The notes: a model not told the origin generated them from the sequence alone. 64,000 nucleotides of DNA from an uncultured Verrucomicrobiota bacterium (GCA_903910585.1 CAIWAH010000109.1:6511-70510), one strand, 5' to 3'; counted from the first letter of the stretch, positions 49,001-57,341 are shown. Numbers and translations: made by a program.

Positions 49001-52000
49001 GACTGGAGCGCGAGCAACTGCTGGCCGGCCTTGTCAACCGCGCCAGTGCGGGCCAAGCGGAGTGCGTTGGTCGGATACTGGATACGCGTGAGCACCGCGG
49101 GCTCCGACAGAATCGGCAACGACTGGTCCTTCTGCGCGTGCCAGCGGATTTTCGCCGTCGCAAACACGAACCGTTCCTCCACGCGGATGTCCTGGACCAC
49201 GGACTCGGCCAAGGCCGGTTCCTTGGCCGTCGCAGTCACGGCTTGGGCGACCGCAGGCGCCGTCCCCACATCACTGAACCACAGCAGCGATCCCAACAAC
49301 AGCGCCGCCGCGGCGGGTGCGGCCGGAGCCGACGGTGCGGAAGGTGGCGAAGCCGATTTCGGCGGAACTTTGGTCAGTGCCCGCAGCGCCGGCCCGATCA
49401 CCTTGAACAACAGGAACGCGAGCAACACGGCGAGGCCCAGCCGTTCCCCGTTCGGCTGCCGCAGCGCGGCCCACGCGAGCAGCGTCCAACCCAGCGCGGA
49501 GCCGGACGAGCGCACGAAGCCCGGTTCCCTCAGCCACGCCCACACCCACACGGCCAGCGCAAGCACCGCCGGCCAGGCGGCCAGCACCGAGAACCCAACT
49601 CCGTAGGATTCCGGATTGTTGCCCACCTCCACCGTGAGGGCGCTGCCGGCTTGCTGAACCGGCGCGAGGAAATGGATTCCTCGCGGCAGTTCCAACGAAC
49701 CTCCGAGGCGTTCCGCGAACTGCAACCACGCCACCACCGACAGCACCAGCGCGAGGCAGCCGACAACGGTTCCGCCCGCGTGCCGGACTCCGAAGCGATG
49801 CGCGCCCTCCCGGGACGCCCAGCGCCACGCGGCCACAGCGCCAGCCGTCAGCACGAGCGCGAACAGGAGATTGAACACGGCCGAATCGTCGTGCAGCCGG
49901 CGAGCGAGCCCGGCGAAGCCCGAGTTGTCGGGCACGCCGTTTGCAGGGGCGAGCGAGCCGCGCCGATAGGTCAACCGGCGGCCGGTGTCAGGTTCGAGCC
50001 GCCATTCGGCCAGCATCACCGGCGCGGCCACGATGGGCGCGGCGGCCAGCACGCGGGCGGCGTTCGCGGATTTGGAAGCGAGCTTCAGGTCGAGGCGTTG
50101 GACGGTGTTGGGATCGGCCTTCTGCGGCAGCGGAATCAGGTTGGCGTCACCGTCCTTCACCGGCACGACGGTCGCGCCGTTCACCGTGGCCGACCACAGC
50201 GTGGTGCCCGCCGGCAGACTCAGCCGCAGGTGCGGATTGCCGCGGTTCTTCACGAAGTATTGCGCGTCGGTAATCACCTCGCCGTCCTGGGAGATGCGCG
50301 TGGTGAGCGCGGCTCGGTCCACGACCAGGCTGAGCGTGTTGGCCTGGGCCAGCGGGCTGAGTGCGAGCTGAAGGTTGAACGGCCGCGCGGAGTAGCGGTA
50401 GGCCTTGAGGATGGGCGCGTCGAAGAACAGGCGGTATTCCGCGGGCACCTCGGCGGTCTCCAGTTCGAGCAGGCTGGCGGAGACGTTCGCGGGCGTGACC
50501 TGGAACTGATATGCGCTGACCACGAGCGTGTGCCCCTGCTCCGCCTGCGCGTCCACCGGCCGGGCACCGGTGAAGGTGAGCGTGTCGCCCTGCGGCTTGA
50601 ACGGCCGCTCGTAGGTCGCGAGCAGCGTGTAGGCGCCGGCCACCGGCGTGTTCAGCGTGACGACATAGCCGTTGGTCGTGCGCTGCCAGTTGTTCCGCAC
50701 GTCCTTCCCGGTGAACTCCACGTTGAAATACTCGTCGGACAACGCCACGAGGAACGACGACACCGGCGCGCCGGCGATGAAGAAGTTCATCGTGCTGCTG
50801 CCGTAGGCGATGCCTTCGCCGATGGAGAACAGGTGGAACACGTCGGCCTGCACGGACTGCGGCAGCCGCTCGACGCGCAGCGCGGCGGACCACGCCGGAT
50901 CGGTCAGGCGGAAGGCGGCCTGAATGCCGGCGACCTTGCGCGGGAAGAACGCCGTGGCGATGTCGGTCAGCGCCTGCGTGCGGTCGGGCGTGAGACGGAA
51001 GCCCGCGTCGGCCGACACGGCGACGTGGCCGCGGGTGGACTTCGCCCGGAACACTTCGAGGCGCGGCAACGCCCAATTGGTTCCGCCCAGGGCGGCGTTG
51101 CGCTCGAGCCGCAACTGGATGAGCTGGCGGTCGCCGACAGGCTGGCCATAGACCACGCGCAATTCCGCGTCGGCGGAATCCGGCAGGTCGCGCAGGAAAT
51201 AGTCGTTCATGCCGGCCGCGTTCAGGCGGGCGACCACGAAGCCCCGCGGCACGCGCAGCAGCACCTCGCGCAGGGGCGCCTCGCGGATGTCCAATTCGAA
51301 CTCCGCGTCCACCGCGAGCTCGGTCTCGCCCAGGTGATAGGTGAGCACCTGCGAGACGCCGACCTCGGGCAGCACGTTGTCGGCGTTGATCCGCAGGGCA
51401 AAGTCGGCGCTGGAGAACCGAAACGCGAAGCGCGAACCGGCCGGATTGCCGAACAGCGCCTTGGTCGCGTCGGACTCGGGAAACTGCTCCGGCGAAATTT
51501 GCGACAGGCCGCTCGCCTGCACGACTTCGAGCCGGACCGCGCCCTCGTTGACCACGCGCACATGGCCGGCGAACCGCGTCGCGCCGTCCGGGCGCAGTTG
51601 CATCGCCTCCACCGCCTGCGGGAAGGCGCCCAACTCGGACTGCATCTGCACCTGGAGCGCGAAGGCGTCCTTCTGCGGGCGGTTGAACTGCACCACGAGC
51701 CGCCGTTCGCCGTTGGCCGCGGCCGGCTCCACCTTCCACGACAGCAGGTCGGCCCCCTGCACGGCGGTGACGTTGCCGGTGCCGCGGACGGCGAGGTCAA
51801 GGCGGCTGAGTTCGCCCTGCATCACCCGGCCCTCGACCAGCGCCACCTGGCGCATGAGGCCGGGGCTCACGCTGATCTGTGCCTGCATTTCGGCCGCGTA
51901 GAAGAGCCGGCCCTCGGCTTCGGGACGCGCCTCCTTCCAGCCGAGCTTCACCGTGCCATCGGGCGGCAGGAAACTGCGGAAGACATCCCCGTCGCGTTCG

Positions 52001-53229
52001 GGCCGCGCCGCGCCGGCGAACTCGAACTGCGTGTCGGCGGCGAGCCCCAGCAGTTTCACGGGCGACAACACGCCGGGCGCGAGCCGGAACTCCACCGCCC
52101 GCCAGCCGGCGTTCTGCCGGACAGCGGCATGGAACTTCAGGCGGAGCGGGAAGGTGCCGGGACGGTCGAAGACGAGTTCAAAGCGGCCGTCGTGGAAGCG
52201 CAGCCGCACGTCGGGATTCCGTTCCAGATCGGCCAATGCCACGGCGCCCGACAGCAATGCCAGCGTGCCGCCCTTGGGGTTTTTCACCTGCGCGGTGGCG
52301 ACGAGCGTGAACGCGGCTTCCTCCCCGCCGAGCTGACCTTCGAGCGCGAAGTCGCGCAGCACGACCCGCGTGCTGTCGGGATCACCGACCGCAACAACCA
52401 GCGGCAACGCGTAGGCGCTGCCCTGGAAGCGGAAGCCCAGCGGCTCGGGCGCGTCGGGCTTGGGTTCGGTGCGGAGTCCTTCGGGCAGGAACTTCAGCGG
52501 CACGGGAGCGAGCCCCACGGTGTTGGTTGGCTGGAGGTCGAGGCCGGGCGCCGCGTCGAGCCGCAGGTAACCGGACGACAGCACGGCGGGCGTGGTGGTC
52601 AGCGTCAGGAGGGAAAGCGGCTGGTTCCAGTCCCGGACCTCGTGGTCGGCAGTAATGGTGAGATTGAAGCCGGTCGGCGGCTGGTCAGCCTTGCGCGGCC
52701 GGATGACCAAAGTGCGGACACCGTTGGTGCCCTGGCGCACGGCCCAGTCGAGGATCCCGTCGCCAGTCACGCTGCGGATCTCGCCCTCGCCGCCGAGCGT
52801 GAAGGGCAGCTCCGCCGGTTCGCCCTGCAGCACCTCGATCTTCGCGCGGATGACATGGCTGACCTTGTCCGGCCCAACGGTGACCGCCTGCTCGGTGGCG
52901 GTGGAGAACAGCGCCTTGTCCGCGCCCAGTCCGCCGCCCGCCAGCAACGCCTCGATCACCAGGCGCGCCTTGCCATCCTGGATGCCGCCGTTCAGGGAGA
53001 GGTCCTTGATCTCCGCAGTGGCGGCGCGAGCGGGGAGGAGAAAGGACAGCAGGAACGCGACAAGGAAGGCGAAGGCGGCCCAGCGAGTAGGCCGGGCCGC
53101 TGGCCCGGCATCGTAGTTCAGGCTGCCAGCCTGAACGAAGCCGCGGCCAAGCTGGCAGCTTGGCCTACGAGTCGGGCTGGCAGCCCGACCTACTAGGGGG
53201 CAGTGCCGTTTCACGCGGTCGGTGTCCAT
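46036..53229 (-). CDS. Giant (~2400 aa) internally duplicated membrane protein of unknown family
   Basis: Single uninterrupted ORF. N-terminal hydrophobic anchor: WAAFAFLVAFLLSFLLPARAATA. A central cluster of TM helices is encoded at about 49270-49885. C-terminal TM: VVLLAGLFAVLAGFAWLAA. Two ~1100-aa beta-rich modules are alignable by eye. Candidate starts are the ATG at 53229 (MDTDR) or at 53259; no canonical start lies closer to the anchor. Confidence 0.8.
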   Translation of the reverse strand: MDTDRVKRHCPLVGRAASPTRRPSCQLGRGFVQAGSLNYDAGPAARPTRWAAFAFLVAFLLSFLLPARAATAEIKDLSLNGGIQDGKARLVIEALLAGGGLGADKALFSTATEQAVTVGPDKVSHVIRAKIEVLQGEPAELPFTLGGEGEIRSVTGDGILDWAVRQGTNGVRTLVIRPRKADQPPTGFNLTITADHEVRDWNQPLSLLTLTTTPAVLSSGYLRLDAAPGLDLQPTNTVGLAPVPLKFLPEGLRTEPKPDAPEPLGFRFQGSAYALPLVVAVGDPDSTRVVLRDFALEGQLGGEEAAFTLVATAQVKNPKGGTLALLSGAVALADLERNPDVRLRFHDGRFELVFDRPGTFPLRLKFHAAVRQNAGWRAVEFRLAPGVLSPVKLLGLAADTQFEFAGAARPERDGDVFRSFLPPDGTVKLGWKEARPEAEGRLFYAAEMQAQISVSPGLMRQVALVEGRVMQGELSRLDLAVRGTGNVTAVQGADLLSWKVEPAAANGERRLVVQFNRPQKDAFALQVQMQSELGAFPQAVEAMQLRPDGATRFAGHVRVVNEGAVRLEVVQASGLSQISPEQFPESDATKALFGNPAGSRFAFRFSSADFALRINADNVLPEVGVSQVLTYHLGETELAVDAEFELDIREAPLREVLLRVPRGFVVARLNAAGMNDYFLRDLPDSADAELRVVYGQPVGDRQLIQLRLERNAALGGTNWALPRLEVFRAKSTRGHVAVSADAGFRLTPDRTQALTDIATAFFPRKVAGIQAAFRLTDPAWSAALRVERLPQSVQADVFHLFSIGEGIAYGSSTMNFFIAGAPVSSFLVALSDEYFNVEFTGKDVRNNWQRTTNGYVVTLNTPVAGAYTLLATYERPFKPQGDTLTFTGARPVDAQAEQGHTLVVSAYQFQVTPANVSASLLELETAEVPAEYRLFFDAPILKAYRYSARPFNLQLALSPLAQANTLSLVVDRAALTTRISQDGEVITDAQYFVKNRGNPHLRLSLPAGTTLWSATVNGATVVPVKDGDANLIPLPQKADPNTVQRLDLKLASKSANAARVLAAAPIVAAPVMLAEWRLEPDTGRRLTYRRGSLAPANGVPDNSGFAGLARRLHDDSAVFNLLFALVLTAGAVAAWRWASREGAHRFGVRHAGGTVVGCLALVLSVVAWLQFAERLGGSLELPRGIHFLAPVQQAGSALTVEVGNNPESYGVGFSVLAAWPAVLALAVWVWAWLREPGFVRSSGSALGWTLLAWAALRQPNGERLGLAVLLAFLLFKVIGPALRALTKVPPKSASPPSAPSAPAAPAAAALLLGSLLWFSDVGTAPAVAQAVTATAKEPALAESVVQDIRVEERFVFATAKIRWHAQKDQSLPILSEPAVLTRIQYPTNALRLARTGAVDKAGQQLLALQSGTFDVELTYQLQVASRDGHPGFVLPTHHGLVNRLKLTLAGLDVEVSSPSAVSVRRESGPTNMTVASLVLAPASETWIGWKPRSRDLKNEAAVFYADFTQLYVPAAGVIEGVHSVQVRPAQGELTEVSFEVPIGATITDVVDPTKVIIGKPVTAGPGLFWRFDPDTRRLRVTLSAPQSKLFTLIVRSQIATGPLPVEQAAGLLNVVGAAGQVGSVGVATGNEVQLDTVTADGFTALNLEDFPGGVLEPLRNQIAGLTLRRAFRQGDAKGAITLKASAVEPDVRVETQETLSLSEDRTLLAVNAAVTVTRAGIFRLSFVLPAGLDVETISGAALSHWTELRGNDGRVITLHLKGKTEGQQQFQVSLAGPGVRATNGYAVPRLTFREAAKQRGQLVIVPEQGMRFQVGARDGVTQLDPEKAGIRQKGVLAFRLLQPQWSLTLGLEQVDAWVQVTCLQHVTVGEAQLKVLANLQYQIENTGLKSLRVRVPANAEGVRFRGDQVADFVVVAGSVTNGTQLWDVKLHRRIIGRQMLQVTWQTPLANAATNAVVQGVLAADANLQRGFVTVQSGGRLQVRAEPPAAALQPAEWQGIPRTLLQDLANASASFTYRVVEPAFTLPLALDRHEATKLLPARVNNVTLTSVISDEGVMLTQVRLELIPGDKRLLSLGLPGDAEFWFAFVNQNGVWPWRGTNQILLPLEQQSKVDQATTVEVFYSSRIGQAGARKLNLALHGPKFDLPLENITWQVYLNEKWQLADWSGSLQLQDQSYEVRPLVTDVKSYLDNELVSNRAKTKAAEEMLSFGNSLLQQGDPAQARRAFNSAFGLSTHDSAFNEDARVQLHNLKLQQALVGLNVRQNLAAGDAAPAPGNLKELRNRRDATYTQQEAKQLIDANSAEDNATLMKLAERIVQQQDAAVPVPSAIRATVPSQGKLLTFRRTVQVDHDADLDLRLKATSAQTAPWGFRVVLLAGLFAVLAGFAWLAARRPAAAS
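53111..53195. repeat. Cluster of three perfect palindromic REP-like units
   Basis: gttcaggctg-c-cagcctgaac (53116-53136), ggccaagctg-g-cagcttggcc (53145-53165) and gtcgggctg-g-cagcccgac (53171-53189). They share a gctgSCagc core and are flanked by tcgtag/ctacga. Confidence 0.8.
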
Positions 53230-53302
53230 CGCGTCCGACACACTGGGTTCATTTCGCATAACTCAAGATTCCTTCTGAAAGACTCCTCACCCTTCCCGCC
53301 GC

Positions 53303-56300
53303 TCACTTCCCGCTCACGCTCTTGGCCTGTTGCAGCATCTGGAGGAACTGCTTCGGGCGCGGGTCGGCGGCGTAGGTGTCGGTCACGCCGTTCAGCAGGC
53401 CGAGCAGGCGGTCGGGCGTGACCTCGGCGGCGTAGGGACTCGACACCAGCCACTCGCTGAAGGCCGAAGCGCTGGCCGCCAGCCGCAACGCCGGACCGGC
53501 CTGATCCAGGGGACGCGCCGTGCCGTCGTAGAGCAGCCGCCATTCGTGCTCGCGGTAATCGTCCGTGCCGGGCACGCGGAAGCGCACCCGCACCGTGCCG
53601 AGCGGGCCTTCGCCGGCCGGGTTCACCTGCACCGTGTAAAGCGCGTTGCCTGCCTCGGCCGCCCCGATCTCGGCGGCATCCACCGTGTTGTCGCGGAACT
53701 GCTCCTTCTTCAGCTGATGCTTCGCGTAGCCGAGCTGCCGGTAGGCGGTGACGCGCCGCGGGTTCCACTCGACCTGCACCTTCACGTCGGACGCGGCGAT
53801 CTGGAGGGCGCCGACGAGTTGTCCGGCGAACTCACTTTGCGCGGCTTCGGGTGTGTTCACGAAGCCGTAGCGGCCGTCGCCGTTGCGCGAAAGGCTCTCA
53901 AGCAATTCGTCGTTCAGCCCCTCCCAGCCGATGCCGAAGCAGTCGAGCGCAATGCCCTGCTTCCGGTTCGCCTCCACCTGCCGGCGAAGCGACTCTGGCT
54001 CCACGTCGCCGAGGTTGGCCGCGCCGTCGGTGAGCAGCACGACGCGGTTCACGCCGTTCGCGGCGAAGTGCCGGGAGGCCGTCTGGTAGGCGGTGCGGAG
54101 CGCCTCCTCCAAATTCGTGCCGCCATCGGGCGTGAGTTCGCCGACGCGCCCGGGCAGTTCCGCGGCCTGGGCACCGTCGAGGCCATCCACCCACAGGCGC
54201 GACGTGCGGGCAAACGCGACCACGCTCACGCGGTCCTGCGGCTGCAACTGCCCGGTGAGCACGCGCAGGCACTCCTGCCGGATGCGGACGCGGTCGGCGC
54301 GTTCCATCGAGCCGGAGTTGTCGAGCAACAGCACGAGGTTCAGCGGACGGCCCGGCTGCCGACCGCTCGCGGCGGTCTTCACGGAGAAGCGGACGAGGTC
54401 GCGGTCGTGGGCGAAGGGATAACGGGCGCGTTCCCACGCAAAGGCCACCGGCGCGCCGCCCACGGGCTCGGGATCACGGTAGTCGAAAGCGTTGATGAAC
54501 TCCTCGGTGCGAACCGTCGCCGGCTCGGGCATCTGGCCCTTCTCCAAGGCGGCGGCGGCGAGCTTGAACGACACGTCGCTGACGTTGAGCGAAAAGGTGG
54601 AGAAGGCGTTGTCGGTGGTTGAGACCTCGGCCTGCGGTTCGGGCGCGCCGGGGGCGAGCTTGGGAAGCGGGGCGTCGCCATCAGAAGCGAGTCTCTCCAC
54701 AGGAACCGCCATCTGCGACCGGATGCGGACCCGCGGATACGGGTTTCCAGCATTTCCTGAGTTCTCAGCCGCAAACATCCGCCCTAGCACCGGCACGTCA
54801 CCCAGCGCCGGTGTGGCGGCATTTGTGGCCAGACCGAAGTAGAAAGCCACCGGCTCCGCCGGCTTGCCCAAAGCCACCTGCTGCCGCAGCTCCTCGCCTT
54901 CCGCGAGGCGGTCCAACTGGACGAATCCCTTGTCAGCCGTATCGGCTTTCGCCTTGGCCCGGACGAAGCGGGAAACATCGGCCGGAGCGTCCGCTGCCTC
55001 AACGACCTGCGCCGGCACACCGAGGATGGCTAGGGGCTGGGATCTCTCTTTGGCCTCAGCTTGCGACTGCGCTTCCTCAGTCGGGGGGGGCTCCTGTGCC
55101 GTAACGCGGGGTGTCGCCAGGCCATTCTGCTGGAACAGTGCAAACTTTCCCTGATCGGCTTCGGCCAGTCGTTCTTGCACCCTAATCGCGTTGGGGCTGC
55201 CCCCGTCCTTGGCTACGTCGAAGCCGATGCCTACTGCGGACTCCGCCTTGCCTGACTGGCTGGCATCGTCCAAGTAGCCCCGCGGCGCCCCGGCGAGCCC
55301 GCCGCGGGTGCCTCCATCAACTCCGCGGCCACGCTCCAAGCTGCGGGCCAGCACATCACGACGATTGGCCGGCGGGACTGCGGCCTGATCCGCCAACTCC
55401 GTCTTCTTTTCGGAGGCAACTCGGGATCGCAATTCGCTGGAGAGAACCGTTGGACCTTTGACCTCCACCGCGAATGCAACCGTGTCGGCCGTGGCGGCAG
55501 CAAACCCTTCCTGCGGCGCCGGCACCGGAGCCGGGGCCGCGGAGTTGATCGGAGCGCCGGCAACCGCAACGCCCGCGCCGCCGGCAAACCCGCCCCCGGC
55601 AGTGCCGCCGATGCCGGTGGAGGTCCGGAACTCCCAGGTCTGTTGCCTGCGGGCATTACCAGCAGCCACTTGAAAGCCGTCCGCGAGCGCGGTTTCACCA
55701 ACGGTGTTTTCGCCGCGCGTCGGCTGATTGACAGAGCCGAAGAACTCGGTCGTCGTCGCCCCGCGGCTATCGTTCGCGGCCAGTGACTTCCCTGCGGGCA
55801 GCGCGCCGGCGTTTCGCGCTAGCACCTGTTCGTTCAGCAACTTTGTGTCCCCATCTGAATCCGCCCGCTGCTTGCTGAGCACTTCCAGTGAATCGCCCCC
55901 ACTGGAAGAATTGTCGGCCACGGGCGCCGGCATCGGAGCGCCACCCGCTGGTGCGAGTCCGTAGCGCCGGGCCAAGACCGGCTCCATTGAGCGTGGCGGC
56001 GCCGAGGCCCCCGAAGCGTCCCATTTTGGTTTGACCGCTTCTTCCCGCTCCATGCGCTCTCCGAGTTCCGCCATGCGGGCGGTTTGGGCCGCCGATACTC
56101 GCTGCGCCTTGGACTTCGCCTTCGCCAGAGCCGGCATGCACATGCCCGCGGCAGTCACCACCGCCACCAGCATTGCCGCCAAGGCAAGCAGCTCGTGCCG
56201 GTCCGCCCACGCCTTCCGGGCAAAGGCAGGCACGCGCACCACGTTGGCGGGCGGCTTCCTGAATTTGGCCAGCAGGGCGGCGCGGCGTTCCGGCGCGAGC

Positions 56301-56524
56301 TGCAGGGGTTCCGGTTTGCTCAGTTCCTTGGGTTCAGGCGAGCAGACGGTTTCACGCGCCAGGCTGTCGGCCAGGCTAAGGCGGCGGAAAAGGGAGGCGA
56401 GGGCGGCATCCGCGGCGATCTCGGCGCGCAGGGACTCGGCCTCGGCGGCGGGCAGTTCGCCGTGAAGCAGCGCGGTCAGACGCGCCTCGCGGGCATCGGG
56501 CGGCAGGGAAGCGTCAGGGTTCAT
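53303..56524 (-). CDS. Anti-sigma-like N-terminus + TM + low-complexity linker + YfbK-type VWA module (vWA-N / VWA / DUF3520-like)
   Basis: N-terminus EARLTALLHGELPAAEAESLRAEIAADAALASLFRRL. TM: LLALAAMLVAVVTAAGMCM. vWA-N-like region: AFSTFSLNVSDVSFKLAAAALEKGQMPEPATVRTEEFINAF. MIDAS: LVLLLDNSGSM...DGGTNLEEAL...VVLLTDGAANLG. Tail: VKVQVEWNPRRVTAYRQLGY. Confidence 0.85.
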   Translation of the reverse strand: MNPDASLPPDAREARLTALLHGELPAAEAESLRAEIAADAALASLFRRLSLADSLARETVCSPEPKELSKPEPLQLAPERRAALLAKFRKPPANVVRVPAFARKAWADRHELLALAAMLVAVVTAAGMCMPALAKAKSKAQRVSAAQTARMAELGERMEREEAVKPKWDASGASAPPRSMEPVLARRYGLAPAGGAPMPAPVADNSSSGGDSLEVLSKQRADSDGDTKLLNEQVLARNAGALPAGKSLAANDSRGATTTEFFGSVNQPTRGENTVGETALADGFQVAAGNARRQQTWEFRTSTGIGGTAGGGFAGGAGVAVAGAPINSAAPAPVPAPQEGFAAATADTVAFAVEVKGPTVLSSELRSRVASEKKTELADQAAVPPANRRDVLARSLERGRGVDGGTRGGLAGAPRGYLDDASQSGKAESAVGIGFDVAKDGGSPNAIRVQERLAEADQGKFALFQQNGLATPRVTAQEPPPTEEAQSQAEAKERSQPLAILGVPAQVVEAADAPADVSRFVRAKAKADTADKGFVQLDRLAEGEELRQQVALGKPAEPVAFYFGLATNAATPALGDVPVLGRMFAAENSGNAGNPYPRVRIRSQMAVPVERLASDGDAPLPKLAPGAPEPQAEVSTTDNAFSTFSLNVSDVSFKLAAAALEKGQMPEPATVRTEEFINAFDYRDPEPVGGAPVAFAWERARYPFAHDRDLVRFSVKTAASGRQPGRPLNLVLLLDNSGSMERADRVRIRQECLRVLTGQLQPQDRVSVVAFARTSRLWVDGLDGAQAAELPGRVGELTPDGGTNLEEALRTAYQTASRHFAANGVNRVVLLTDGAANLGDVEPESLRRQVEANRKQGIALDCFGIGWEGLNDELLESLSRNGDGRYGFVNTPEAAQSEFAGQLVGALQIAASDVKVQVEWNPRRVTAYRQLGYAKHQLKKEQFRDNTVDAAEIGAAEAGNALYTVQVNPAGEGPLGTVRVRFRVPGTDDYREHEWRLLYDGTARPLDQAGPALRLAASASAFSEWLVSSPYAAEVTPDRLLGLLNGVTDTYAADPRPKQFLQMLQQAKSVSGK

Positions 56525-56543
56525 CGGTGGGAAGTGGGGTTAT

Positions 56544-56784
56544 CCGCAGATGACGCAGATTTCGCAGAAGAAGGAAGCAGGCTCGCCAACGTGCTGCCGG
56601 CGTCCCGCCGGCAGGGCGTGGCTACGGACGGGGCGTGAGCACTTCCAACTCCTGCCACCGCGACGGGGCTGAATGACGATTCCCGGTTACGGGTGAGGCC
56701 TGCCGGCGAGACGCCGGCAGCACGTTGCTGGCAACTCTCGCCAGCCATCTGCGTCCATCTGCGTTCATCTGCGGTTTGAAGCGG
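56544..56784. repeat. MITE/REP-like element with ~72-86-nt imperfect terminal inverted repeats
   Basis: The left arm begins ccgcagatgacgcagat and ends gtgctgccggcgtcccgccggcagg (56544-56615). The right arm, cctgccggcgagacgccggcagcac...atctgcgttcatctgcgg (56699-56784), is its imperfect reverse complement. Each arm carries its own 9-bp hairpin, ctgccggcg-N3-cgccggcag. The element fills the gap between the sigma and anti-sigma genes. Confidence 0.75.
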
Positions 56785-56789
56785 AAAGT

Positions 56790-57341
56790 TCATGGCACAA
56801 GTCCGGTGCGGGCGAGTTCGGCGGCGAGGGTTTTCAGCGCGTGGTGCAGCAGGTAACCGACGTGGCCGGCTTCGAGCCCGGTGCGCTCACCGATCTCGCG
56901 GTAGGAGAGGTCCTCGGCGTATTTTAGCCGGACGACTTCGCGGCTGCGTTCGTCCAGCGCGGCCAGGCTCAGCCTGACCAACCCGATGCCTTCCCAGCGC
57001 AGCAGTTGCTCATCCGGCAGCAGCCCCGGATCGGGCCCTTCGGTGGCGGGATTCGGCGTGTCTTCGGCGGCCGGCTGGAAGGGCACGATCTTGTCGGCGT
57101 CGCGGCGGTGGTTGAGGGCGAGATTGTGCACGGTGCGGTAAAGCCAGCGGCGCGGCTCGCGGACTTCACCGAACTGGGCGTGCAATCTCATGAAGGCTTC
57201 CTGGGTGATGTCCTCGGCCGGCCCCCGTTCGCCGACCAACCGGAGCGCGTAGGCGAGCAGGGGCGATTCGAGGGCGGCGAACAGCTCCTCGATCGTTCCG
57301 GCCGGCTCGGGCTCGGGTTGGGCGGTTGCGGGGCAGACCAC
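56790..57341 (-). CDS. ECF (sigma-70 family group 4) RNA polymerase sigma factor
   Basis: Region 2: LLAYALRLVGERGPAEDITQEAFMRLHAQF...RWLYRTVHNLALNHRR. Region 4: REVVRLKYAEDLSYREIGERTGLEAGHVGYLLHHALKTL. GTG start. Confidence 0.9.
   Translation of the reverse strand: MVCPATAQPEPEPAGTIEELFAALESPLLAYALRLVGERGPAEDITQEAFMRLHAQFGEVREPRRWLYRTVHNLALNHRRDADKIVPFQPAAEDTPNPATEGPDPGLLPDEQLLRWEGIGLVRLSLAALDERSREVVRLKYAEDLSYREIGERTGLEAGHVGYLLHHALKTLAAELARTGLVP

Noticed and set aside
48640-53196. 1518-aa plus-strand ORF, plus 46813..48471 and 46180..46728
   Set aside because: These are antisense shadows of the giant minus-strand gene. They are Arg/Gly/His-rich, whereas the minus frame is one uninterrupted 7.2-kb ORF with hydrophobic anchors.
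56521-56793. 90-aa ORF (MNFPLQTADERRWTQMAGES...) between the sigma and anti-sigma genes
   Set aside because: It is co-extensive with the inverted-repeat element. Its reading frame is a by-product of the palindromic repeat, so I annotated it as a repeat rather than a CDS. Translation cannot be excluded.
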